Source: Escherichia phage B2. Taken from it: a stretch of DNA of 44,283 nucleotides. The stretch lies in sequence record NC_073069.1. The stretch is one strand, 5' to 3'. Shown here piece after piece: positions 35,830 through 44,116 of this stretch. The position numbers were made by a program, and so were the translations under genes. The notes beneath the pieces are model-generated. The model was given only the letters and a program-made list of their open reading frames with translations, was not told the origin of the DNA and made no database searches. The first letter of the stretch is position 1. Each line of letters begins with the position of its first letter.

Positions 35830-36363
35830 TCATTTCAGAATCACCGAGCGCGGGTCAATGGCTTTCATGCTGCCGTCTTGTTCCACCTGGATGAATCCAA
35901 AACCATACTCCTGCGCATGGCGCTGTGCATTCGTCACGGCATCAAAGCGATTGACGATTTCGTGTACGGCGCGGCCCATCTTCGCCTGCACCTGGTGGGA
36001 GTCGTAGCGGGTGTTCGCTCGCTCATGCGGCTGGCGTTCGCGAAGGTGGTATTTGCGGCCCACTCGTTCATAGTTGACAAGGCCGAAGTAAGTCATACCG
36101 GCGACGCCATCCTTGCGGTTCTGCATACGCAGGCCATGAAGACCGACATATTCAACGATCCACATACTACCGTCGCGGATATCACGCAGCACATCGCCGC
36201 GCTCAATATCGTGCGTGAGTACGTCGAAGAACTGCGGCAGCGTGTGTTTCGGCGCCCGCCACACCCGATTGCCTGCCGCGTTTTGTAAGCGGACGTAGGA
36301 ATCCAGGGTCTGGATCGGCTTCAGGATGCGACCATCGTGCTTACGACGGAATAGTAATTTCAT
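35830..36363 (-). CDS. hypothetical protein
   Basis: 177 aa ORF with balanced composition; the antisense 280 aa + strand ORF over the same region is H/R-rich and judged spurious. Confidence 0.5.
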   Translation of the reverse strand: MKLLFRRKHDGRILKPIQTLDSYVRLQNAAGNRVWRAPKHTLPQFFDVLTHDIERGDVLRDIRDGSMWIVEYVGLHGLRMQNRKDGVAGMTYFGLVNYERVGRKYHLRERQPHERANTRYDSHQVQAKMGRAVHEIVNRFDAVTNAQRHAQEYGFGFIQVEQDGSMKAIDPRSVILK

Positions 36364-36484
36364 TGCTCTGTCTCCTCAATCTCATCGATAGTTTTCGTGT
36401 CGCCATCGCATACGGTGGCGATGCCGTTTTGTTCGTAGTCCCACACGCACATGTGCAGGTCGATTTGTTCCTGCGGGAAGTCGC

Positions 36485-36760
36485 CTAAGAACATTTGCGC
36501 AGTCTCCAGTGTTTGCCTACCCGCTCAACCGCGGGCTTACGGCGTAATGTAATACGGATCCCCATTGGTTGCAAGGAGGTCCGCACATAGAAATCATGTT
36601 GTGCTGCGAACTGGTGCAGATAGCGGGTCTGCGTTAATGGCTTCACATCGTCGCGATAACCCCAGAACACAGAATCGCCCTCATTCGCATTCTTAGCCCA
36701 TATTCGTATGCAATGCAGTGGAATACTCCATGAAAGGCGTTTTGCGTGTCTGCGGTCCAT
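36485..36760 (-). CDS. questionable hypothetical ORF
   Basis: 91 aa, R/W/H-rich, no SD; contains a + strand ATTGGTTGCA motif and hairpins; a 44 aa ORF in another frame (36360..36494) couples to the next gene. Confidence 0.2.
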   Translation of the reverse strand: MDRRHAKRLSWSIPLHCIRIWAKNANEGDSVFWGYRDDVKPLTQTRYLHQFAAQHDFYVRTSLQPMGIRITLRRKPAVERVGKHWRLRKCS

Positions 36761-36769
36761 TTTGGCCCA

Positions 36770-37075
36770 TTATTTCGCAAGCTGGGAGAATAGTTCGCGC
36801 TGGGCTTTAATCCGGGCGACGTTTGTCACTGCCTTATCGCCAATGCCGAAGCGATACGCCAGGCGCTCGCGGGAGAATGCCTGCGCGTATGCGTGGATGG
36901 CATTACGCAACGGACTCAGTTCGTCCATGCTGGCGCCCATACCGTAAAGCGCGCTGCGAAGTGATTGATGCGCCAGTATCGCGACCTGAAGCGCCGAGTC
37001 TACGTTGCCGTTTAGTGCCTTCGCTTCGTCCAGCTTTGCCACGGCCAGGGTGTAATTCCAGATAATCGCTTTCAT
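36770..37075 (-). CDS. hypothetical protein
   Basis: 101 aa with gagga SD; preceded by the 18-nt ATTGGTTGCACACCAACA motif. Confidence 0.45.
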   Translation of the reverse strand: MKAIIWNYTLAVAKLDEAKALNGNVDSALQVAILAHQSLRSALYGMGASMDELSPLRNAIHAYAQAFSRERLAYRFGIGDKAVTNVARIKAQRELFSQLAK

Positions 37076-37096
37076 TGTTCAGTCCTCGTGTTGGTG

Positions 37097-37137
37097 TGCA
37101 ACCAATATAGCAGGGTGCGGGGGTGGGCGCAACCAAT
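37097..37137 (-). promoter_or_regulatory. two ATTGGTTGC motifs upstream of the 37075 gene
   Basis: On the minus strand ATTGGTTGCGC...ATTGGTTGCACACCAACA then SD and ATG. Confidence 0.45.
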
Positions 37138-37291
37138 ATTAATCACGCGCATGAAAAAGTCGATCGCTATCTGCTGCAACTGCAAACTGCATTTCTCACT
37201 CACCATTCTGCAACTCGCATTGGTTGCCTAGTTCAGCGACGACCGCAATTTCCAATATGCTGCCGTGTATTATGCAATCCCGGATTTTATG

Positions 37292-37448
37292 CAGTCTCAG
37301 ACGAGGGGGGCCATTGACCCCCGTCTAGTCTGAAAGACTGGGCTTTGTCCCGCCTGTCCCGCTCCCCGCCAGGCCGCGTCATCCGTGGCGGGACGGGGGT
37401 GCTGTCCCGCTTTGTCCCGCCCCTGGTCTGTCCCGCTTTTTGTCCCGC
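37292..37448. repeat. hairpin plus GTCCCGC iteron array, copy B
   Basis: 37292-37361 is 68/70 identical to 20495-20564; followed by about 7 GTCCCGC units; lies downstream of the primase gene. Confidence 0.75.
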
Positions 37449-37498
37449 TTACTTTATGCAGTTTTATTGCATAACTATGCATTATATTCACACTACAC

Positions 37499-37614
37499 GG
37501 CAACCAATACGACCGACTAAAAGCACGCAAAATGGCAACCAATGCGCGCAGAATTTAATCATTTACCGATATGGGGATCCCCATAACGGCAACCAATGCA
37601 CGCAAAATTTAATC
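37499..37614. repeat. GGCAACCAAT direct repeats flanking a 16-bp perfect palindrome
   Basis: 30-bp repeats at 37531-37560 and 37585-37614 (27/30 identical), a third core copy at 37499-37508, palindrome tatggggatccccata at 37570-37585; overlaps the primase stop. Confidence 0.6.
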
Positions 37615-39861
37615 TTTTAAGTCTTCATCGGTCGCTGAAAGCGTGATAGGGATATCCGATTTGATGACCAAATTAGACGACCCATAGATGGCCCCGGTGT
37701 GCGGATCGGTGTAAAAACCTATCACTCCGCGCTCCACCATATCGTCGATTGCCTTCGTCGAAGTGCCACCTTTCGCGAGTCCCGCCTGGCGGACAATTGC
37801 CGATTTACTGAATCCAGTATGGTCTGGGTTATCTTCCATCAGTTTTTCCAGGGCCGCATAAAGCACTTTCTCTTTTTCGTTGCGCGGTCCGGCGGTGTTC
37901 TCTTCCTTAACTGCGGCCTTTGCCTGTTCAATAGCGAACGGTGCCAGGGCAACCGGTACGAGGTAGAGAGTCTCGTCGCGTGGCGTGGAGGCAATCGGCT
38001 TGACGTCCCATCCGGCAACCACGTCGCCGAAGTCTGGACCGGTGCTGGTGGACTGGTGCGCCTCGAACGCTTCTGACTTGCGGAGATCCACCTTCACCTT
38101 GCACTTGAGCAGGACGAAGCCGCGCGGCGCTTGCTTGATGCCGTTACGTGACTTCTCATGATACAGGTTCAATTGTCCGGGCTGGTTGTCGTCCGGCTGT
38201 TCCAGGAAGAACGCAGAATCGACAGCACCATGCAGCGCGCCGGACCCGCGTGGGGTTCTGCTGCCGTTTGCACCTTTAGCCGGGTGGTGGATGACGCCCG
38301 CACTGCCACCTGTATTTTCCGCGATGGCCTTCAGCGCTTTGACCACTTCACCCATATCGCTGGCATTGTTCTCGTCGAACGGTTTAGCCTCGGCGGACCG
38401 CAACGCAACAGTCTGGTTGAGTGAGTCGAACGCCACCAGGCCAACCGGTTCGCCGTTAGCGGTGCGGTTGATAAAGCTGATAACTTCACGCAAACCGGAC
38501 TTGCTGGTGATATCCCAGCCGCGGGATTGCAGATCGATAATGTGCAGCTTGTCCAGGTCGTGCTCATATTTAATCTGCAATGCTTCTTTACGCTGGTTGG
38601 AGGCCTCACCACCTTCCGCATCGAAATAGAAGCAATGAGACTGGACGACCTTCGCACCGCCAAACGGGATCCCCGCGGCAACCGCGCCCATCTGCCCCAG
38701 CACGTAGAAGGACTTACCGATATTCGACTCACCCGCCATATACCAGGTCGATTTAAAGTTAATCAACCCCTCGATGATCGGGTCGTGCTTACTGAACAGC
38801 GCAACCGGCTCGTTATCTAGGTCCGCATCGGTGCACACGCCGTATTCTTCGCCGTCGCCAACCGCATCAACAATATGTTCATATAAGGACTCGACTTCCT
38901 CGTCGTCCAGACCAGGCAGGATGGCGGCGATTTGTTTACGTGACATGTTGTGCGGCTCGACGTTCAGGTAGTCTGGTATCCCGAGAAGACGTAGCGCCAG
39001 GTGCTGGTGTCTATTTAGCTCCGAGCAACACTCGTTGCCGGTGTGCATACACTTGAAACGGATCTCGCCATCCTTGACCATGATAGCCGTCGACCCTTCG
39101 CCGCTGTGCAGATGTTCGTTCGGGCACGGAACTTCATAACCGCGACCGGACGATAACGGCTCGAATCCGGCCTGAAAGCACCAATCAAGAATGCCGTCAG
39201 CCACTGCGGCGTCGCCCTGGGTAAGCTCGCGGCGTACTTCCTCTTTCTCCACCCCCAGCTTGTCCGCCAGGCGGAGCAGACGCCGCACATTGGCGCGTTT
39301 GCCGTAGTGGCACTTAATAACCGATTGCTGGTGCGGCAGGTACATCAGGCGGTTTGTGTCTTTCGTGCAATCGTCGAAGTCCACATCTGACAGACCAAGT
39401 TGGTGTAATAGCGCATACTGGACACGGCCCAGGTCTTCCGCCGGGACAGGCTTGTCCGTCAACACCAGGAAACGGGCGCAACGCGTGCCGCCTTTCAGTG
39501 GGTGACGGTCGCCGGTTGTGGTGTGGAATACGTGTTCCAGACCCGCGTCGATGAAAGCCTTACGGCAGCGGCGCAAGGTGCGAGTGTCGGTGCGGTCAAT
39601 ATCAAAGAACAGGATCGAGCGGTCCACCGCGCTGGTCTTACGGCGTAGGCCGTCACTGGTATATGCCACGATGCCATCGGCCTTGCGCTTGCGGCGCGCA
39701 TACTCGGCTTTATCCTCGGTCTTGTTGATGTGCACCGATGAGATTTCTTTCGCGTCATTGATAAATTCGAAAAATTCATCAGTTGTCATCTGGAAGTTTT
39801 CCGCCCTGGCTTTTTCGCCTTTTTTAGCGGGTCTTGTTACAGCGAATTTAATTAAGCTCAT
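37609..39861 (-). CDS. primase-polymerase/helicase-like replication protein
   Basis: 750 aa; N-terminal AEP-like ILFFDIDRTD and HTTTGDRH motifs; central Walker A GESNIGKS with RecA/DnaB-like ATPase region; C-terminal region reads as a possible wHTH. Confidence 0.7.
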   Translation of the reverse strand: MSLIKFAVTRPAKKGEKARAENFQMTTDEFFEFINDAKEISSVHINKTEDKAEYARRKRKADGIVAYTSDGLRRKTSAVDRSILFFDIDRTDTRTLRRCRKAFIDAGLEHVFHTTTGDRHPLKGGTRCARFLVLTDKPVPAEDLGRVQYALLHQLGLSDVDFDDCTKDTNRLMYLPHQQSVIKCHYGKRANVRRLLRLADKLGVEKEEVRRELTQGDAAVADGILDWCFQAGFEPLSSGRGYEVPCPNEHLHSGEGSTAIMVKDGEIRFKCMHTGNECCSELNRHQHLALRLLGIPDYLNVEPHNMSRKQIAAILPGLDDEEVESLYEHIVDAVGDGEEYGVCTDADLDNEPVALFSKHDPIIEGLINFKSTWYMAGESNIGKSFYVLGQMGAVAAGIPFGGAKVVQSHCFYFDAEGGEASNQRKEALQIKYEHDLDKLHIIDLQSRGWDITSKSGLREVISFINRTANGEPVGLVAFDSLNQTVALRSAEAKPFDENNASDMGEVVKALKAIAENTGGSAGVIHHPAKGANGSRTPRGSGALHGAVDSAFFLEQPDDNQPGQLNLYHEKSRNGIKQAPRGFVLLKCKVKVDLRKSEAFEAHQSTSTGPDFGDVVAGWDVKPIASTPRDETLYLVPVALAPFAIEQAKAAVKEENTAGPRNEKEKVLYAALEKLMEDNPDHTGFSKSAIVRQAGLAKGGTSTKAIDDMVERGVIGFYTDPHTGAIYGSSNLVIKSDIPITLSATDEDLKD

Positions 39862-39871
39862 TGCCGTTGCC

Positions 39872-40201
39872 TTATTTGGAAGTTTTATTATTGCGTACCC
39901 AGGATCGCACTGTGCTCTGGTTGATTCCGGTTAGCTCGGCGATCATAGCCCATGATTTACCCTCATCACGTAAACGGATAACCTGTTTTTTGTATTCTTC
40001 CATTTCTTCATTGTGCTTTTGCAGCTTGCTTGCTGCCGTACCGTTGAGTAATTCCAGCTTCGCGCGCAATTCTTTTTCGGTAAGTCGCAGACGTTCGATT
40101 TCAAATAGCACCGCACCCACGGCATCGGTATATGCCCAGGACCGGCTTGTCTCACTGCAAACAGTCTTAGTTAACATTTCGATTGCGTCGTCGATATTCA
40201 T
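39872..40201 (-). CDS. small HTH-domain protein (putative regulator)
   Basis: 109 aa with ggaga SD; C-terminal HTH-like SWAMIAELTGINQSTVRSWV; first gene of the leftward block. Confidence 0.45.
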   Translation of the reverse strand: MNIDDAIEMLTKTVCSETSRSWAYTDAVGAVLFEIERLRLTEKELRAKLELLNGTAASKLQKHNEEMEEYKKQVIRLRDEGKSWAMIAELTGINQSTVRSWVRNNKTSK

Positions 40202-40332
40202 TGTTCTGTCTCCGGTTGGTTAATGACCAACGAAACTACACCTAAAACCGCGGGGTGTCAACTCCTTTGGAATATTGAAACGGGCGCGCACGCGTGTAAT
40301 AATACTCCCGTCTCATTGTCTCTTATTGGTTA

Positions 40333-40366
40333 GCGCCGTCGCATTTTGCTTCGGCGCTTTTTTTTT
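40333..40366 (+). terminator. hairpin followed by a 9-T run in the divergent control region
   Basis: gcgccg...cggcgc stem followed by ttttttttt, directly upstream of the -35 of the rightward promoter. Confidence 0.5.
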
Positions 40367-40377
40367 GAAATTAGTTG

Positions 40378-40407
40378 TTGACACCTATCCTGCAACCAAT
40401 CTATTAT
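40378..40407 (+). promoter_or_regulatory. sigma70-like promoter for the rightward early operon
   Basis: TTGACA (40378-40383), 18-nt spacer, TATTAT (40402-40407); the spacer contains tgcaaccaat (40391-40400). Confidence 0.5.
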
Positions 40408-40603
40408 TCACCCCGTCGACAGGATGCAGGACGCAAACTGGAGAGGGGCAACGCAGGGGCCGGATCGAAGTGTCAGGATTCCCAACCGTGATTATATAAC
40501 CAGGTCCACTACCCGAAAGGGAGAACGCGTAACCTGGCAATATGTTAAGGCCACCGACGAAGTTTACTGCCGACACCTAAACTTAACCAATCGGAGATAC
40601 ACC

Positions 40604-41032
40604 ATGTTTGAACAAATCGTAAACCTGATCACTCGCGGCGTAGTAGCACTGGAAATCATCGCTAAACATTATGAAACCGTTGGCGCTGCCGTTGGTAAGC
40701 AGGAAGACAAGAAGCCGTCTAAGGCCAAAAAAGAAGTCGTAGAAGATGACGACGATGAAACCGAAGACGAAAAACCGGCGAAGGGTAAAAAAGCACCTGC
40801 GAAAGGCAAAGGTAAGAAAGATGCCGACCCGCTGGCAGAGATGCGCGACGAGATCAAACAATACGCCGCGATTATCGCAGGTGGTGACGACGACGACGCG
40901 AACGACGAATTTGACGACCTGCTGGAGGCGTTCGAGATCAAATCAATCGCCAAGCTGGAAGATGACGACGTGGAAGATTTCCACAAAGATCTGAAAGAAA
41001 TCGTCGAAACTTATTTCGAATTGGAAGATTAA
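40604..41032 (+). CDS. highly acidic low-complexity protein (first rightward gene)
   Basis: ggaga SD then ATG 40604; 143 aa with D/E runs (EDDDDETEDE, GGDDDDANDEFDD) and a lysine-rich segment; the track ORF from 40424 is an R-rich upstream extension. Confidence 0.5.
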   Translation: MFEQIVNLITRGVVALEIIAKHYETVGAAVGKQEDKKPSKAKKEVVEDDDDETEDEKPAKGKKAPAKGKGKKDADPLAEMRDEIKQYAAIIAGGDDDDANDEFDDLLEAFEIKSIAKLEDDDVEDFHKDLKEIVETYFELED

Positions 41033-41040
41033 TACTATCC

Positions 41041-41068
41041 GGCCCGCTAATCTGCGGGCCTCTTTTTA
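41041..41068 (+). terminator. intrinsic terminator
   Basis: ggcccgc-taatct-gcgggcc followed by tcttttta. Confidence 0.6.
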
Positions 41069-41080
41069 GAGGACGAGACA

Positions 41081-41332
41081 ATGGCACGCTTCACGCTAAT
41101 CGAGGCGGTGGATTCCCGCGACCAGCGCCCATATTATTGGCTATTCGAACGCATCGGCAGCTTTCAGTCACGCGTTGCCGTAATAGATAAACGCCGTAAC
41201 ACCCCCGCGCAAATTAAGCGCACCACCTTTACTAATCCCGACTTTTATATTTGGGCGGATTCCAATCTGGAATATGTTCGTTTCGCCGTCGCATCCGAAG
41301 CAAAAACAATTGACCGCTGGGAGACAAAATAA
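41081..41332 (+). CDS. hypothetical protein
   Basis: 83 aa with gagga SD. Confidence 0.4.
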   Translation: MARFTLIEAVDSRDQRPYYWLFERIGSFQSRVAVIDKRRNTPAQIKRTTFTNPDFYIWADSNLEYVRFAVASEAKTIDRWETK

Positions 41333-41521
41333 ATGGCTATATTTTTCGTTTTATTTCGCTGCCGTATTACCGGCGATGAGCAACCGGAAATCGTTATGAA
41401 TCAGAACTGGAATGGCTGCTGGACTCAAGCCAGAGGTTTGGCGGCTACCATGAACGAAGCCGCGAAGCGGGCCGGTGTTAAACATGAATATTACATTGCT
41501 CAGTTTTCAAGGGTGGAATAA
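41333..41521 (+). CDS. hypothetical protein
   Basis: 62 aa ORF starting right after the upstream stop with ggaga SD. Confidence 0.3.
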   Translation: MAIFFVLFRCRITGDEQPEIVMNQNWNGCWTQARGLAATMNEAAKRAGVKHEYYIAQFSRVE

Positions 41522-42951
41522 TGGCGATTAAACCAAAACGTAAAACGCAATCCGGCAGCAATACGGAACACTCATTACTCGGGCCATCCGGTGCTAAAAA
41601 ATGGATGGGTTGCCCTGCGGCCCTGGTGGTCGAAAAAGATATCCCGAACGAATCTGGACAGGCCGCGATTAATGGTACGAGTATGCACACCGTATCTGAA
41701 GTGGTGCTAAACCGCATTATCGCCGGTGAAAAGCTAATAACAGCAAAGACGTATAAAGGATGTTACGTCGAGAATGAAGGCAAGGGGCCAGTAAAGGCGC
41801 ACCCGAAAGCACCGAAAGGCGGCGTACTGGTCAACGACGACATGGTGAAACAGTGCGACGCGTACATCGACCACTGGCGACCACTCCTCGAGGTGGCGGA
41901 GTTTGTCCAGCTTGAGATGCGCGCCGATCTGACCCGCGTCCTTCATTCAGGCGTCGAGATAGACGGTAACAAGGTTAAGACGTTCGGCACTGCCGATATG
42001 GTCATGGTCATGAAGAAGACCGATGGCACGTACATGCTGATTGTTGGCGACTTGAAGACCGGGCGACATAAGGTCGAGGCGAAAGAAAACAAACAGCTTA
42101 TGTTGTACGCGCTCGGCCTGCTGCGCAAACTGCAAACCATGTATGACATTACGACCGTGCGCCTGGTCATCTTCCAGCCGTATTGCGGCGGGGCGTCAGA
42201 GTGGGATATCTCAGTGGAAGCGCTGGAGATATTCGCGAAGTTTGCGTCCAAGCGTGCTATCGCCGCGCTCGATGCATACGCCCGCGGCAAGAAGGGACTA
42301 ACCCGCGCCGACTTCCGGCCCAGCGTCGATGCGTGCCAGTGGTGCAGATTTGCGGACCAGTGCAGCGTCCGGGCGAAGGCCGCAATCGACACGATGACGC
42401 CACCAACGGCAACCGACGAAGACCTGGGCGACGACGTGAGCGTGGCAACCGAGGAAGAGTGCGCCAACCACGACCGCAATATGGCCCGCGAAGCCCGGAA
42501 GGCTGCCCGACGTGCTAAACGGGGCAAGAAGGAATCCACCCCAGGCGCTATGAGCGCGGCGGAACTGCGCAAGGCTTATGAAGGACTTGACGCAATGCGC
42601 CAGCACATCAAAGCTATCGAATCCGCGGTATTCAAGGCGGTCATGGCGGGCGATGGCGAATCGTTGGGCCTTAAGATGGTTGCCGGTAAGGAAGGGATCC
42701 GTAAGTGGGCGGACGAGAGCGAAGTGATTGAAATATTCACGAAGGCCCGGATCAAGCGCGATGTGATGTACAAAGAAACATTGCTCAGCCCTACGGATGC
42801 CGAGAAGGTGTTGAAGGACGAAAAACCGAAAGTGTGGGCGAAGCTGTGTGCTAAAATCACGCGCGCACCCGCTAAACCGGTGTTAGCACCCATCGACGAC
42901 CCTCGCCCTGCGTGGTCGGAAGCTACTGACGAGGACTTAAGCAATGAATAA
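41521..42951 (+). CDS. PD-(D/E)XK nuclease with Cas4-like cysteine cluster (DUF2800-like)
   Basis: N-terminal Cys (MGCPAA), core TADMVMV...IVGDLKTG, C-terminal CQWCRFADQC cluster; charged C-terminal extension. Confidence 0.6.
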   Translation: MAIKPKRKTQSGSNTEHSLLGPSGAKKWMGCPAALVVEKDIPNESGQAAINGTSMHTVSEVVLNRIIAGEKLITAKTYKGCYVENEGKGPVKAHPKAPKGGVLVNDDMVKQCDAYIDHWRPLLEVAEFVQLEMRADLTRVLHSGVEIDGNKVKTFGTADMVMVMKKTDGTYMLIVGDLKTGRHKVEAKENKQLMLYALGLLRKLQTMYDITTVRLVIFQPYCGGASEWDISVEALEIFAKFASKRAIAALDAYARGKKGLTRADFRPSVDACQWCRFADQCSVRAKAAIDTMTPPTATDEDLGDDVSVATEEECANHDRNMAREARKAARRAKRGKKESTPGAMSAAELRKAYEGLDAMRQHIKAIESAVFKAVMAGDGESLGLKMVAGKEGIRKWADESEVIEIFTKARIKRDVMYKETLLSPTDAEKVLKDEKPKVWAKLCAKITRAPAKPVLAPIDDPRPAWSEATDEDLSNE

Positions 42952-43186
42952 AGTATTCGCATTCTTATTGATGATTATGCTCGGTGCGCTGGGCTTTATC
43001 CTGCATTGCGTGCAATGCGTGTTAATGGTGGCCTGGATGATTCGCCATCCGACCCGCTGGCTGGACGATGGATATAGTGCCGCCGTCGTCGACTGGGTGG
43101 AGAAGAACATCGACCGACCGCCGTTAAGCTGGATCGAGAACGTCATCAACTACGTGACCAGAAATCTTTTTAATGAAAATGCTTGA
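42944..43186 (+). CDS. small membrane protein
   Basis: ATGAATAA start/stop overlap; N-terminal hydrophobic helix FAFLLMIMLGALGFIL. Confidence 0.35.
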   Translation: MNKVFAFLLMIMLGALGFILHCVQCVLMVAWMIRHPTRWLDDGYSAAVVDWVEKNIDRPPLSWIENVINYVTRNLFNENA

Positions 43187-43276
43187 CCACCCAGGCGCAA
43201 CCAAGTAGATTAGCAACCAAGCCGAACGGGGTGGCTCACAATAACCCCGATACATGTGAAACTGAGGAATTGGAAA

Positions 43277-44059
43277 ATGGCTAAAGTCAACCTGAAAAAT
43301 GTGCGCGTATGTTTCCTTAAAATTTGGGAGCGCGATACCCCTAAACAGGATGGACAAAAACCGGCATACCGTGCAGTGATTCTTCTTGATAAAGAAGATC
43401 CGCAGGTGGACAAAGTGGAAGCGGCAGCGCGCGCAGTGCTCACCGACAAGCTGAAATCCGAGAAGAATGCTGATAAGTGGATGGACCGCCATTACGCCCA
43501 GGATTCTAAGGAATGCGCAGTTCGCGACGGTGACGAGCGCGACGAAGTGACCGAAGAATTCGAAGGCATGTTGTACATCAACGCCAAATCGTTCAAGCAG
43601 CCAAACATTCAAACGTCACTCGGCGAGAAGCAGACTGAACAAGGTCTGACTGTAGAAGGCGACGAGATCGAAGGCCAGGAGATCTACTCCGGTTGTTATT
43701 GCAATGTGTCCCTGGATATTTGGGCGTGGAACAATACCAACGGCAAGGGACTCGGTGCTGGTCTTTTAGGTCTGCGCTTCCGTGATGACGGCGAAGCCTT
43801 CGGCGGTGGCGGTTCTTCTTGCTCCGACGAAGACCTGGACAACGATGACGAAGATGAAAGCCCGCGCAAGTCCAAAAAGTCAAAACGTCGTGATGACGAC
43901 GACGATGACGACAAGCCGCGCAAGTCCAAAAAGTCCAAGCGCCGCGATGACGACGACGATGAGGAAGATGAAAAACCTCGCAAACGTCGTAAGCCACGCG
44001 ATGACGAAGATGAGGACGACGACGAAGACGAAGCGCCACGTAAACGTCGCCGCCGTTAA
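43277..44059 (+). CDS. DUF2815-like protein (putative ssDNA-binding) with acidic/basic tandem-repeat tail
   Basis: Start MAKVNLKNVRVCF typical of the family, with gagga SD; C-terminal about 3 copies of an 18-aa PRKSKKSKRRDDDDD unit. Confidence 0.6.
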   Translation: MAKVNLKNVRVCFLKIWERDTPKQDGQKPAYRAVILLDKEDPQVDKVEAAARAVLTDKLKSEKNADKWMDRHYAQDSKECAVRDGDERDEVTEEFEGMLYINAKSFKQPNIQTSLGEKQTEQGLTVEGDEIEGQEIYSGCYCNVSLDIWAWNNTNGKGLGAGLLGLRFRDDGEAFGGGGSSCSDEDLDNDDEDESPRKSKKSKRRDDDDDDDKPRKSKKSKRRDDDDDEEDEKPRKRRKPRDDEDEDDDEDEAPRKRRRR

Positions 44060-44077
44060 GGGCAAAGCCCACTATTC

Positions 44078-44102
44078 AAGCCCGCTTAATGCGGGCTTTT
44101 TA
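44078..44102 (+). terminator. intrinsic terminator
   Basis: aagcccgc-ttaat-gcgggctt followed by ttttaat. Confidence 0.65.
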
Positions 44103-44116
44103 ATAGGACAATGAAA

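Noticed and set aside
35446-36288. 280 aa + strand ORF overlapping the 177 aa minus-strand gene
   Set aside because: H/R-rich, overlaps a better-composed minus-strand ORF and coupled small ORFs, and opposes the local transcription direction
40424-40603. N-terminal extension of the acidic protein ORF
   Set aside because: No SD before 40424; the extension is R-rich and contains the promoter and 5' leader; the ATG at 40604 has a ggaga SD
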